Shown: one piece after another, positions 17,720 to 27,919 of the stretch
How positions within the stretch are numbered: position 1 is the first letter of the stretch
How the letters are laid out: each line of letters starts with the position of its first letter
NCBI GenBank assembly: GCA_040772485.1
Contig: JAXGYC010000009.1
Coordinates: forward strand, 160,001-224,000
Source of the DNA: Sedimentisphaerales bacterium
GTDB taxonomy: Bacteria; Planctomycetota; Phycisphaerae; Sedimentisphaerales; Anaerobacaceae
Length of the DNA stretch: 64,000 nucleotides
Reading direction: 5' to 3'
Translations under genes and position numbers: made by a program
Notes under the pieces: generated by a model
Told to the model about the DNA's origin: nothing
Database searches by the model: none
The model's input: only the letters and a program-made list of their open reading frames with translations

Positions 17720-18287
17720 ATCAGGTTGCCGCCCCAAAGCTCAGAGTTCTGCATCGCGCCGGAATCGCACTGTCCATTCTGCACAGTGGCGTTGGCCGCT
17801 CGGTTTCAGTATCGACCCTTCAGGGGCCCTGATGGAGTGTCATATGGGCTATTGCAGGCGGCGCGACGCCCATCGGCGTTGCGCCGTCCGCCTCGTCACA
17901 GGCTCGATGCGACGGCAATTGGTTCGCGGGGGCCTCCGGTGAGTGCGGCGGCGGGCGGGCGCCGCCTACCGGCCGGAGAAAAGGGCGATAATCCCGGGCC
18001 TCTCAGGGGTAGGAGTCGGCATCCCGCGACTCGGATCGGACAGCCGAGCGATTTCACGCCGCTCGGGATGGACGCTCGGCGTCGGGCCTTCTGCATCCGT
18101 CCGGTCCGCACAGCAGGCCGCGACAGAATCTTCCAAGACGCGGCCTCTGCAGGGCGCGAGCGTCCCGTGGTCCGAAATCTCATCGGGATATCGGACCCTG
18201 GCCCGCCTGCGATCCGCTGCACGTCTGTCGTACTTGCGGCGCGACACAGCCGCTTGCAGAGCAGACCGAGCGAAGCGTGCTTTGACC

Positions 18288-18317
18288 TTGACAGGTTGCC
18301 TATCCTTGGCATACTAT
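18288..18317 (+). promoter_or_regulatory. sigma70 promoter TTGACA-N18-TACTAT for the dxr operon
   Basis: consensus -35 with a near-consensus -10. Confidence 0.6.
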
Positions 18318-18427
18318 CGCGGTTACCGTTTGCAGACGGCGCCGGTGCGTCGCAGGCCGGATGTCCGGGCGGTCGGTGAGTCGTGCCGTCGAAAGCCGAG
18401 GGAGAGGAGTGCACTGAGTCTGATCTT

Positions 18428-19612
18428 ATGTCGCGAGGAATCGCCATTCTGGGATCGACCGGGTCGATCGGTCGAAATGCGCTGCGCGTCATTGACGCGC
18501 TTGGCCCAGGCTACGAGGTCGTCGGTCTCAGTGCGCATCGCAGCATCGACCTTCTGGCCGAGCAGGTGCGGCGTTACCGGCCGGCGCGCGTGGCCGTCTC
18601 AAACGACGATTACGCCGAACGGTTTCGCTCGCTGATGGATGGATGGGACGCCAGGATTCTGGTAGGGTCCGAGAGTCTGGTCGAGATGGCGAAGTCGGAC
18701 GGCGTTGACACCGTTCTGACGGCGGTGGTGGGCGCCGCCGGCTTGCCGTCGGTCCTGGCGGCAGCCCGGTGCGGCAAGCGTCTGGCGATCGCCAACAAGG
18801 AGCCGCTCGTGGTCGCCGGAGAGCTGCTGACGCGGATCGCCAGGGAGAACGGCAGCCTGCTGCTGCCGGTGGACAGCGAACATTCGGCGGTGTTCCAGGC
18901 TATGCAATCGGGCAAATCGTCGGAGATCCGCAAGATCCTGCTGACCGGCTCCGGCGGGCCGTTCCGCGGCGCCTCGCCCCAGGACCTCGAGCAGGTGACG
19001 CGCGAACAGGCGCTGTCGCATCCGGTCTGGCGGATGGGACCGAAGATCACGATCGACTCGGCCACGATGATGAACAAGGCGCTGGAGGTGATCGAGGCGC
19101 GATGGCTGTTCGACGTGCCGGTCGACAAGATCGAGGTGTTGATCCACCCGGAATCGATTGTACACTCGCTCGTGGAATTCGTGGACGGCTCGGTGGTAGC
19201 CCAGTTGGGCGAGCCGGACATGTGCCTGCCGATCCAGTACGCGTTGACGTATCCCAAGCGGGTCGCCGGGATTTCCAAGCCGCTGCGGCTCGAAGAGATC
19301 GGCACGCTCCATTTCGAGCGGCCGGAGCCTGGGACGTTTCGGGCCCTGACGCTGGCCTATGAGGTGTCGCGCATGGGCGGGACGGCGCCGGCGGTGTTCA
19401 ACGCGGCCAACGAGGCCGCCGTCGAAGCGTTCCTGGCCGGACGAATCCGGTTCGTTCAGATCATGGAGCTGATCGAGCGCTGTCTGGACGCCCACGAGGT
19501 CAGCCGCGCGACCTCGCTCGAAGAGCTGCTCGAAGCCGATGCCTGGGCCCGGGCCCAGGTCCGAAGTCGATTGGGCCGCGAAATGCACGACGCCCCGCGC
19601 CACGTGCGGTGA
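18428..19612 (+). CDS. dxr: 1-deoxy-D-xylulose-5-phosphate reductoisomerase
   Basis: ILGSTGSIG, ANKE, PVDSEHSA, HPVWRMGPKITIDSATMMNK. Confidence 0.97.
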   Translation: MSRGIAILGSTGSIGRNALRVIDALGPGYEVVGLSAHRSIDLLAEQVRRYRPARVAVSNDDYAERFRSLMDGWDARILVGSESLVEMAKSDGVDTVLTAVVGAAGLPSVLAAARCGKRLAIANKEPLVVAGELLTRIARENGSLLLPVDSEHSAVFQAMQSGKSSEIRKILLTGSGGPFRGASPQDLEQVTREQALSHPVWRMGPKITIDSATMMNKALEVIEARWLFDVPVDKIEVLIHPESIVHSLVEFVDGSVVAQLGEPDMCLPIQYALTYPKRVAGISKPLRLEEIGTLHFERPEPGTFRALTLAYEVSRMGGTAPAVFNAANEAAVEAFLAGRIRFVQIMELIERCLDAHEVSRATSLEELLEADAWARAQVRSRLGREMHDAPRHVR

Positions 19613-19678
19613 CGCCGGGACCATTCAGTCTGGAAGGACAGCCGCTGCCGGCTGTCCGCTTTGTATCGGAGTTGCTTG

Positions 19679-21793
19679 ATGTCGAAGAAGGGAAGCTCAT
19701 CGAACAAGATTCTCGGCGCCGTCTTCTGGTTGGCGCTTCTGGCGGTCGTGGTCTATCTGATCGTGCGCTACGCCACGGTTTCCGGCAATCTGGCTCTGGT
19801 GATGATCGGGTTCGGCTCGGTCGTTCTGGTCCACGAATTCGGGCACTTCATCGTGGCCAAGCTGGCCGGGATCAAGGTGGAGGCCTTTTCCATCTTCATG
19901 CCGCCGACGCTGCTGGGCATCCAGCGCACGCCGTCGGGACTGAAGCTTCGGGTCCTTCCGAGCTTCATTGCCGATGAGCAAGAAGATGCGCCCGGCGAGG
20001 GCGGGGGCGACACAGCGCCGTCGGACCCGGCGAGCGAGGCCGGAACGGAATACCGCGTCGGTCTCATACCGTTCGGCGGCTACGTTAAACTGCTGGGCCA
20101 GGACGACGTCGGGCCGGTCAAGCAAATCAGCGATCCACGGTCGTTCTCCAACAAGTCGCTGGGGGCGCGGATCGCGGTGGTGGCGGCGGGGGTGACGTTC
20201 AACATCATCAGCGCCGCGATCCTGCTGATGGTTGTGTTCCTCATCGGGATCGACTTTCCTCCGCCCGTGGTGGGCGGGGTAGTGCCCGGCTCCTCGGCCG
20301 AGAAGGCGGGCCTGCAAAGCGGCGACGAATTCATCGAAATCGCCGGCCGGAGCGAGGGCCTCGAATTCAGCAGTCTGATTCTGGCCGCGGCGCTGTCGGG
20401 GCGCGACGAAGCGGTGCCGGTCGTGGTGCGACGTCGAGACGGCTCGACACAGAGCATGGATCTGCTCGCTTCAGAACAGCCGAACGACCAGCAGATTCGG
20501 GAGTTCGGCATTCTTGCGCCGATGAGCCTGACCCTGGCGGACCTGGCCGACCCTGCCGCCCTGGAGCAGGAAACCGGGCTGCTGCCCGGCGACCGGGTCG
20601 TTGCCGTCGATGGCAATGCAATCGAGCACCACTGGGCGTATGAAGAGGCGGTCCAGAGGACCTTCGCGCCTCGCGTGACGATCGCCGCCGAGCGTCCGAA
20701 CGCGGGCGGCGGTGTCGATCGCATCGGGAAGGAGCTAGCGCTGGCCTGGCTGCCCAGCCGGGAGGCTGTCCCGTCCGACGCGACCCTGTGCCACATCTAC
20801 TCGATGGTGCCGCGTCTTCGTGTGAGGGAGGCCCCGCAGCCGGGGCCGGTCGGCCAGGAGGCCCTTCGCACGGGCGACATTATCGTCGCGGCGGCGGACG
20901 TGCAGCATCCAACCTATGCGGAGCTGCGCGAGATCACCGCTGCACACGAAGGCAAGCCGCTGGCGATCCAGGTTGTGCGCGCCGACGCCAACGGCGTCGA
21001 GCGAACCACCGAGGTGACCGTCACACCCAGGAAGGAGCGCGGCAGCGATCGGGTGGTGATCGGTTTCCTGCCCGAGCTGGACGCCGAACACGCGGTGGTA
21101 GCCAAGACCGTGTCCGTCGAGGGGGGCGTGCCCCGGCTGGACATCCCGCGCGGCGCGACCATTACGTCCGTCAACGGCAAGCCGGTGACGAGCTTCTACG
21201 ACATCGTGGCGGAAACCCGGCAATGGGACGGCCAGCCGGTGAAGCTCGAATACCGTCTGAACGGCCAGGCCTCCGGCGGGGTCACGCTGGCGAACCCGAC
21301 GGCCGGGGCCGCTATCGCCGTCGTGTCCACGACGGCCGTGCAACTGCCTTTCAAAGCGATGGAGCGTCTCTACAAGGCCAGGACCCCCATCGAAGCGATC
21401 CAGATGGGCTATCGCCGGACGGTGATGTTCGTCGCGATGACCTACGTCACGCTCAAGCAGTTGATTGCCGGACTGCTCAGTCCGAAGCTGCTGATGGGAC
21501 CGGTCGGCATCATGGTCTCCAGTTACCAGATCGTGGCGCGCGAGCCGCTGGTCTACTATGCCTACTTCCTCGGCCTGATCGGCGCCAGCATCGCGGTGCT
21601 GAACCTCATGCCCATGCCTCCCTTCGACGGCGGGTTGATCGTCCTGATGCTGGTCGAGAAAATCAAGGGATCGCCCCTGAGCGAGAAGGCCCAGGGGGTG
21701 CTCGCCTACGCCGGCTGGGTCATCGTGGGTACGCTGCTGATCTACGTGACATTCAACGATGTGCTTCGCACGGTGCGCGGTTTTTTTAGTTGA
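19679..21793 (+). CDS. rseP: RIP (site-2) metalloprotease RseP with multiple PDZ domains
   Basis: HEFGH, IPFGGYVKL, NLMPMPPFDGG; canonical position after dxr. Confidence 0.92.
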   Translation: MSKKGSSSNKILGAVFWLALLAVVVYLIVRYATVSGNLALVMIGFGSVVLVHEFGHFIVAKLAGIKVEAFSIFMPPTLLGIQRTPSGLKLRVLPSFIADEQEDAPGEGGGDTAPSDPASEAGTEYRVGLIPFGGYVKLLGQDDVGPVKQISDPRSFSNKSLGARIAVVAAGVTFNIISAAILLMVVFLIGIDFPPPVVGGVVPGSSAEKAGLQSGDEFIEIAGRSEGLEFSSLILAAALSGRDEAVPVVVRRRDGSTQSMDLLASEQPNDQQIREFGILAPMSLTLADLADPAALEQETGLLPGDRVVAVDGNAIEHHWAYEEAVQRTFAPRVTIAAERPNAGGGVDRIGKELALAWLPSREAVPSDATLCHIYSMVPRLRVREAPQPGPVGQEALRTGDIIVAAADVQHPTYAELREITAAHEGKPLAIQVVRADANGVERTTEVTVTPRKERGSDRVVIGFLPELDAEHAVVAKTVSVEGGVPRLDIPRGATITSVNGKPVTSFYDIVAETRQWDGQPVKLEYRLNGQASGGVTLANPTAGAAIAVVSTTAVQLPFKAMERLYKARTPIEAIQMGYRRTVMFVAMTYVTLKQLIAGLLSPKLLMGPVGIMVSSYQIVAREPLVYYAYFLGLIGASIAVLNLMPMPPFDGGLIVLMLVEKIKGSPLSEKAQGVLAYAGWVIVGTLLIYVTFNDVLRTVRGFFS

Positions 21794-21869
21794 AGGGCCT
21801 GGTCTGCCGATAGAAACTGCGTGTGCCGTGTGATGTGTGCAACCGGAAAAGGGATTTGAAGGTTCAGCC

Positions 21870-23288
21870 ATGCCAGTGGACAAGCACGTCGGTGAGACGC
21901 TCCGCCGCAGCGACAGACAACTCTACGAGATCATCGAGTCCATCTTCCCGGCTGCGCCGAGCAGCGCCGCCTATCATCGCGGGCTGCCCGAGGCGCTGGC
22001 CCAGGCGGATGCGGAGGTCTACCGGCTGATCGAGGCCGAGCATCTCCGGCTGCAAAGCACGCTGCAACTGATCGCCGCCGAGAACCAGTGCTCCCGCGCC
22101 GTGCTGGCGGCCCTGGGTTCCGTCGTCCAGAACAAGACGACCGAAGGGTTCGTCGGCTCGCGTTTCCACGGGGGCTGCGAGGTCGTCGACAGCCTGGAGA
22201 CCCTGGCGGTGACGCGGGCCAAGGCGGCGTTCGGCGCCCGGTACGCCAACGTGCAGCCGCACTCGGGCACCGGCGCCAATCAGATCGTCCTGACCGCCAT
22301 CCTCGAAAGCGGGGACCGCATCCTGAGCCTCGCCATGGACCAGGGCGGCCACGTCTCGCACGGCGCCGGCGTAGCGTTCGCCGGCCGGTTCTTCGAGGTC
22401 GAGCAGTACCGCGTGGACCCGAAGTCCTTTCTGCTCGACTACGACGCGATCCGCCAGCAGGCGCTGCGGTTCCGGCCCAAGCTGATCATCTGCGGGGCCA
22501 GCGCCTATTCAAGGACCATCGACTTTGCGGCGTACCGTCGGATCGCCGACGAGGTCGGCGCCTATCTCATGGCGGACATCTCGCACATCTCAGGTTTGAT
22601 CGCGGCCGGCGTGCATCCGTCGCCGGTCGATCACGCGCATTTCACCACGACCAGCACCTACAAGCCGGGCGGACCCCGCGGCGGCCTGATCCTGATGGGC
22701 AGAGACTTCGACGCCCCGATCCAGGCCGGCGGCAGGTCCATGCCGCTCTGGGAGCGGATCGAGAAGACGACGTTCCCCGGGTTCCAGGGGACGCCGTACC
22801 TGAACAACATCGCTGCCAAGGCGGTGTTCTTCCGGGAGATGCTCTCGGCTGAGTACAAGGCCCGGCAGTTCAGGATCGTGGAGAACGCCCGGTCGCTCGC
22901 CCGTGCCTTCGACCGTCGCGGCTACGACATCCTCACCGGCGGCACCGACAACCACATGTTCTGCATCAACGTCGGGCGCTTCCGCAAGGGTCTCACCGGC
23001 GCCATCGCCCAGCACTGCCTCGAAGAGTGCGGCGTCATCGTGAACATGAACCGCCTGCCCTACGATCCGCACAGCCCCCGCGTCACCAGCGGAATGCGCC
23101 TGGGCACTCCCATCGTCACGAAGAACGGCATGGGCCTGATCCAGATGGAAGCCATCGCCGGCCTGGTCGACGCCGTCCTGACCCAAGTCGAGCCCACGGG
23201 CGGCCGGGAATACCGCCTCGACGACCGCCTCCGCCTCGAAACCAAATGCCAGGTCCAGGACCTCTGCGCCCGCTTCCCCATGGTGTAG
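21870..23288 (+). CDS. glyA: serine hydroxymethyltransferase-family PLP enzyme with divergent active site
   Basis: NVQPHSG, GGH.SHG, ADISHISGL, GPRGG, GGTDNH, SGMRLGT; several conserved residues differ. Confidence 0.8.
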   Translation: MPVDKHVGETLRRSDRQLYEIIESIFPAAPSSAAYHRGLPEALAQADAEVYRLIEAEHLRLQSTLQLIAAENQCSRAVLAALGSVVQNKTTEGFVGSRFHGGCEVVDSLETLAVTRAKAAFGARYANVQPHSGTGANQIVLTAILESGDRILSLAMDQGGHVSHGAGVAFAGRFFEVEQYRVDPKSFLLDYDAIRQQALRFRPKLIICGASAYSRTIDFAAYRRIADEVGAYLMADISHISGLIAAGVHPSPVDHAHFTTTSTYKPGGPRGGLILMGRDFDAPIQAGGRSMPLWERIEKTTFPGFQGTPYLNNIAAKAVFFREMLSAEYKARQFRIVENARSLARAFDRRGYDILTGGTDNHMFCINVGRFRKGLTGAIAQHCLEECGVIVNMNRLPYDPHSPRVTSGMRLGTPIVTKNGMGLIQMEAIAGLVDAVLTQVEPTGGREYRLDDRLRLETKCQVQDLCARFPMV

Positions 23289-23301
23289 GGCAGCGCTTGG
23301 C

Positions 23302-25134
23302 TCAAGGACGCACCCGGGAATCGCGACGAATCGTGTTCGATAGGATCGTGTGCTCGGGATACTCCAGGTGGAACAGCGAGTCGGGGATATCGGCGCGGTC
23401 CACCGATACGGAGTTCACGTCCACGCGCACATCCACGAATTGCGTGTAGCCATCGTGGTAGTTTATGGTCCGCCCCTCGACCGGCAGCCATGCCCCGTTG
23501 TCGGTTTGGTGGAACCGGGCCGATTCCAGGCATTGCAGCAGCTTGGCCCCGGCGCTGTCGGGCGTGCCCGAATACAGTTCCCAGCGGACCATCACCCCTC
23601 TCTCGGTGTCGATGTACAGCCTCCGGCATCCGATGCTCCCGGATCGGATGTCCAGCACGCATGCGTCTCGACCGTTCCGTTCCTGCAGGCTCACGTCGGA
23701 GAGCAACTCGGCGGTCGCCAGGAGCTCGCTGAGCAGAGGCGCTCCCTCCTCGGGATGGTAGAACGGCCGGTAGGAGAGCTGGGCCGCGAAGTTCACCATC
23801 CATCGGCTGTAGCCCGACACATCGCGGATCGTCCCTCGCTTCAACTCGGGCCAGTCTCCCACCTTGCAGGTCTCGCCGTCGACGACGTTGATCTGGCAGA
23901 TCCGCCGGCCATCTTGATTGAAGAAGCTGTGCACGAAACGTTGCCGAATCCCATCCTGGGCCCACTGGACCTCCTCGTAGCGTCTCTCGGGCAATCTGCC
24001 GCCGGCGCCGGGGTGACGACGGGGGTAGTCGGGCGCCTCCCCTTCGGAACTGTAATCCGTGCGGAAGTCCATCTTGATCAGAGAGAGCTTTTCCTCATTG
24101 GCCTTGACGGAACGAATCACTTCCTCGAGCGTTGGGGCTGGATCGCTGGCCGTGTCGTCAGGCTCCGCATCCGTCGGCCACATGGCCTCGTGTCGGTGGA
24201 TGAACAAGGGCGGGTCACCGGCTCGATGGTCCGCAATGGTCTTTATGTCGTCTGTGATTTCGAGCTTGAACGTCCCGTCGGGAATCGCCGAACGGTCATT
24301 GAAACTTGACTTCTTCGGATCGATCGCGAGGCGAAGCTCACCGTCATATACCCGGCCATCGACGGGCATCGTCACGCGTGCCGTTCCTTCCACCGGGAAC
24401 CACATCCCCTCCAGGACCTCTTCCAGTCGCCAGGTGGACGTGTCCACCAGCTTCTCATCCTGGTAGAACTCGGTTCGCGTGAGCATACAACCCTTCGCGG
24501 GATCGAAGTAGAAGTCCTTGTAGGTATCGGGAAAGGCCGGGCCGATCCATCTCTTCCTCAACTTGATCCGTTCGGCACCGTCGACTTCGACCACCGACCA
24601 GGTTGTTTCGACGAGTTCGTCGCTTTGACTCTTCTCGAGTTCTTTGACGATGGATCTGAGATGACCGGGCCAGCCACAGCGGCTCAGGTAGTTCCCGTCT
24701 GGTTCGTAAGGCGGCTCTTTGCGCAGGACCATGTGCGTCCCACCCAGCAGCATGCCTCGATATTCCTTGCCGTCATACACGTTAACTGCCGTTGTTTCCG
24801 TTCCCTCTCGCTTTGTGGTCGCATTACCATCAGTGTCCTGCCATGTGACCCTCACTGCCACCTTTTCCCCTTGCTGCCACATCTGGCCGGACTTTCTTTC
24901 CTGGCGGTATTCGTCGGTCCCGCGGGTACGTTGCTCGAGTTCCGCCTGCCAGGTGAGGACGCCGCACTCCATCTTGCGACAGTTCTCTCGAATACCCTGG
25001 ACGACGCGTTGATACAAGGCGTCGGAATTGCCGCTCGCCGCGTTCGGCTCGCTCTCCGCCGCAGTCCCATGCGGCAACCAGACCGCGCACAGAATCGCAA
25101 TCAGCAGTGTCAAACGTCTCTTACTGAGGTTCAT
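23302..25134 (-). CDS. exported protein with two tandem homologous domains
   Basis: signal peptide, GGGAGG RBS; WFPVEG..IPDGTFKL and WLPVEG..IPDSLFHL. Confidence 0.75.
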   Translation of the reverse strand: MNLSKRRLTLLIAILCAVWLPHGTAAESEPNAASGNSDALYQRVVQGIRENCRKMECGVLTWQAELEQRTRGTDEYRQERKSGQMWQQGEKVAVRVTWQDTDGNATTKREGTETTAVNVYDGKEYRGMLLGGTHMVLRKEPPYEPDGNYLSRCGWPGHLRSIVKELEKSQSDELVETTWSVVEVDGAERIKLRKRWIGPAFPDTYKDFYFDPAKGCMLTRTEFYQDEKLVDTSTWRLEEVLEGMWFPVEGTARVTMPVDGRVYDGELRLAIDPKKSSFNDRSAIPDGTFKLEITDDIKTIADHRAGDPPLFIHRHEAMWPTDAEPDDTASDPAPTLEEVIRSVKANEEKLSLIKMDFRTDYSSEGEAPDYPRRHPGAGGRLPERRYEEVQWAQDGIRQRFVHSFFNQDGRRICQINVVDGETCKVGDWPELKRGTIRDVSGYSRWMVNFAAQLSYRPFYHPEEGAPLLSELLATAELLSDVSLQERNGRDACVLDIRSGSIGCRRLYIDTERGVMVRWELYSGTPDSAGAKLLQCLESARFHQTDNGAWLPVEGRTINYHDGYTQFVDVRVDVNSVSVDRADIPDSLFHLEYPEHTILSNTIRRDSRVRP

Positions 25135-25407
25135 AGTCGTGCTCCCTCCCTTCATAAGTTGCACGAAATCGCTTCCATGCTCCGAAGGCACCCTCGGGGC
25201 GGGTAGTCTGCACGCGACCCTCGCCTGGTCTTCGCAAGGTCCCGACGCCGTTGCCGGAACCGCCTCCTGCTCAACGGCCATTATACACCATCAGCGGAGG
25301 AAAGCGCATTCGTTCTGTCGTTCTTCGGATGCGTTGCGGGCTGTGGCCGCCGGGAGTGTCAGGGCGCCGCAGGTTTCATTTCTGCCGGTGCGGCTGTGTT
25401 GGGCGCA

Positions 25408-25441
25408 TAAAAGAAGGCCATAAGTTGGCGGCTTATGGCCT
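25408..25441 (-). terminator. intrinsic terminator
   Basis: stem AGGCCATAAG/CTTATGGCCT followed by TCTTTT on the minus strand. Confidence 0.65.
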
Positions 25442-25477
25442 GTTGGCTTGTAACCGAAATTGTTGTTCCGTGTTGTG

Positions 25478-25690
25478 TTATGAGGTGTTGTCGAAAGGGT
25501 TCCGGGCCCCAAGAGGCGGGGGTCGGATGTGCCAGGCCGCAGTCCAGTCTCTGCGGGAAGGGTTGGGTGTTCTGGTTGTAGGTTGGCTAATGCATTGGTT
25601 GATTTCGCACGTTCGATCCGCCGATTGCGGACAGATGCACAGCCCCAGGAACAACCACAGCACTTCAGCGACAAACATCCTTGTCTTCAT
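25478..25690 (-). CDS. small putative secreted Cys-containing peptide (70 aa)
   Basis: GGGGA RBS, signal-like N-terminus, four Cys, downstream terminator. Confidence 0.4.
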   Translation of the reverse strand: MKTRMFVAEVLWLFLGLCICPQSADRTCEINQCISQPTTRTPNPSRRDWTAAWHIRPPPLGARNPFDNTS

Positions 25691-25996
25691 GTGTACATCC
25701 CCACAGTGTCGTGTCTTGTATCGGCCGGCGGCCGGATTTTTCCTTAGTCGATTCCGATGACGGAGCGGGTGTCTCGCGGCAGGTGAATCTGAGGATTACG
25801 GGTCCAGATAGTGGTATCAGTTCGGCAGGGCGGATTATTCTCGGCGGTTGCCTGCAGGCGGATTCGCGTCGCTCCGCCGGACCGCGTTATCAGTGCTGAT
25901 AGCGGGGATTTCGTCGGCGAGAAGATTTTTGTCTCGTGACGGGATTTTCTTTGTCGAATGGGCGTGCCGGAGATCTGCCTGGGAGGCTCGCCCCGA

Positions 25997-26860
25997 TCAC
26001 TTCTCGCGGTCGAGCAGGGCGAAGGCCAGTTGGCGCAGCACGTCGGCGCCGGGGCCGAACGGCTCCAGCGCCGCGGCCGCCTCGTCGGCCAGTTGCCGCT
26101 CCAGCGCCCTGGACCGTTCGATGCCGAGCAGGGCGGGATAGGTGCACTTGGCGGCCTTGACGTCCTTGCCGGCCGTTTTGCCCAGTTGCTCGCTGGAGGC
26201 GCTGACGTCGAGGATGTCGTCGGCGATCTGGAAGCCCAGGCCGATCTTGAGGCCGTATCGCGCGAGGGCGTCGAGCTGCTCACGGTCGGCGTGTCCGCAA
26301 AGGCCGCCCATAACCGCAGCGCAGCGGAACATCTTGGCGGTCTTGTGGATGTGGATGTATTCGAGGGATTCGACGCTGCCCTCGGTGTTCTCGGCCTTGA
26401 GGTCGGCGATCTGTCCGGCGATCATCCCGGCCGCACCGGCGGCCTGCGCCAGTTCGCGGACCAGCGCGACCGCCACCGCCGCGTCGTCGATCCGCTCGGC
26501 CAGCAGCTCGAACGCCAGCGTCAGCAGGGCGTCGCCGGTGAGGATGGCGGTCGCTTCGTCGAACGCCTTATGGCAGGTGGGCCGGCCCCGGCGCAGGTCG
26601 TCGTCGTCCATCGCCGGCAGGTCGTCGTGGACCAGCGAATACGTGTGGACCATCTCGATGGCCGCCGCCGCGATCCGGGCGTTCGAGTTCTCCCGTCCGG
26701 ACACCAGCTCACAGCACCACAGGACCAGCATTGAGCGGATGCGTTTGCCCGGCGCCGAGAGCGTGTAAGCCATCGCCCTTCGCAGGTCGTCCGGAATTCC
26801 GGGCTGTTCGGCGACAAGGCGTTCGAGCAGCTCGTTGATGGCAGGGAGTTTGTTGTGCAT
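25997..26860 (-). CDS. ispA: polyprenyl (farnesyl/geranylgeranyl) diphosphate synthase
   Basis: GKRIR, HDDLPAMDDDDLRRG, FQIADDILD, GKTAGKD. Confidence 0.93.
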   Translation of the reverse strand: MHNKLPAINELLERLVAEQPGIPDDLRRAMAYTLSAPGKRIRSMLVLWCCELVSGRENSNARIAAAAIEMVHTYSLVHDDLPAMDDDDLRRGRPTCHKAFDEATAILTGDALLTLAFELLAERIDDAAVAVALVRELAQAAGAAGMIAGQIADLKAENTEGSVESLEYIHIHKTAKMFRCAAVMGGLCGHADREQLDALARYGLKIGLGFQIADDILDVSASSEQLGKTAGKDVKAAKCTYPALLGIERSRALERQLADEAAAALEPFGPGADVLRQLAFALLDREK

Positions 26861-26995
26861 CAGGGTGCGTAAATCGGAACGGGCTGCACTACTTGCTGGC
26901 ATACGGCACGAGCGAGTCGATCGAAGACACGGTTTTTTGCGAACAGGTTGACGAGGGTGTATTATACTGGCCGCTGGGAGATTGTGCAGGAAATT

Positions 26996-27919
26996 ATGAA
27001 CCACAAGATGATTATGATTCTGGGGGTGACCGCCTCGGGCAAGGGCTGGCTGGCGTTCGAGCTAGCCCGGCAGATCGACGCGGAGATCGTCAGCGTCGAC
27101 TCGATGAAGGTCTACCGGCGCATGGATGTCGGGACCGCCAAACCCTCCCTGGAAGCCCGCCGGCAGGTCCGCTACCACATGATTGACGTGGTCGAGCCGA
27201 GCGAATCGTTCAGCGCGGGGCTGTTTCTGGAGAAGGCCTCCGCTGCGATCGAAGAGGTCCGAGGCCGCGGTAAGTCGGTGGTCGCCGTCGGCGGCACGGC
27301 TCTCTACAGTAAGGCGCTGCTCTATGGGCTTTTCGAGGGCCCCGGCAGCGACGAGCGGACGCGGCGCGAACTGCTGGCCCGGGTCGAGTCCGAGGGTCCG
27401 GCGGCGCTGCACAGGGAGCTGAGCGAGATCGATCCGGCGGCGGCCGACCGGATCAGTCACAACGACGCCAAGCGGATCGTCCGGGCCCTGGAGGTCTATC
27501 GCCTGACCGGCAGGCCCATATCGAGCCTTCAGAGGCAGTTCGATGGCCCTGGTGCAGTCGAAAACTGGACGATTATCGGGCTTCGGCGGGAAAGGCCTGT
27601 CGAGAGCGCGCGGATCAACGCCCGCGTCAAGAAGATGGTTCAGACGGGTCTTGTCGACGAGGTCCGATCGCTGCTGGCCGAAGAGGCGCCTTTGAGCCCG
27701 CAGGCGCGCTGCGCGATCGGCTACGCGGAGATGATCGAGCACGTTCAAGGGCGGCTGTCTCTCGACGAGGCGGTCGAGCAGATCAAGAAGAACACGCGAC
27801 GCCTGGCGAAAGGGCAGCGCACCTGGTTCCGGCGGTTCCCCGACGTCACCTGGATCGACGTCGGGGCGGAGGAATCAGTTGAAAGCGTGCTGGAGCGAGT
27901 GATGCAACGGATCGGTTAA
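26996..27919 (+). CDS. miaA: tRNA dimethylallyltransferase
   Basis: GVTASGK, DSMKVYRRMDVGTAKP, RALEV, AKGQRTWFR. Confidence 0.96.
   Translation: MNHKMIMILGVTASGKGWLAFELARQIDAEIVSVDSMKVYRRMDVGTAKPSLEARRQVRYHMIDVVEPSESFSAGLFLEKASAAIEEVRGRGKSVVAVGGTALYSKALLYGLFEGPGSDERTRRELLARVESEGPAALHRELSEIDPAAADRISHNDAKRIVRALEVYRLTGRPISSLQRQFDGPGAVENWTIIGLRRERPVESARINARVKKMVQTGLVDEVRSLLAEEAPLSPQARCAIGYAEMIEHVQGRLSLDEAVEQIKKNTRRLAKGQRTWFRRFPDVTWIDVGAEESVESVLERVMQRIG

Noticed and set aside
17740..18280. Possible cobalamin or c-di-GMP riboswitch upstream of the TonB receptor
   Set aside because: Only an isolated GCCACTG is present; the other conserved elements were not found by eye
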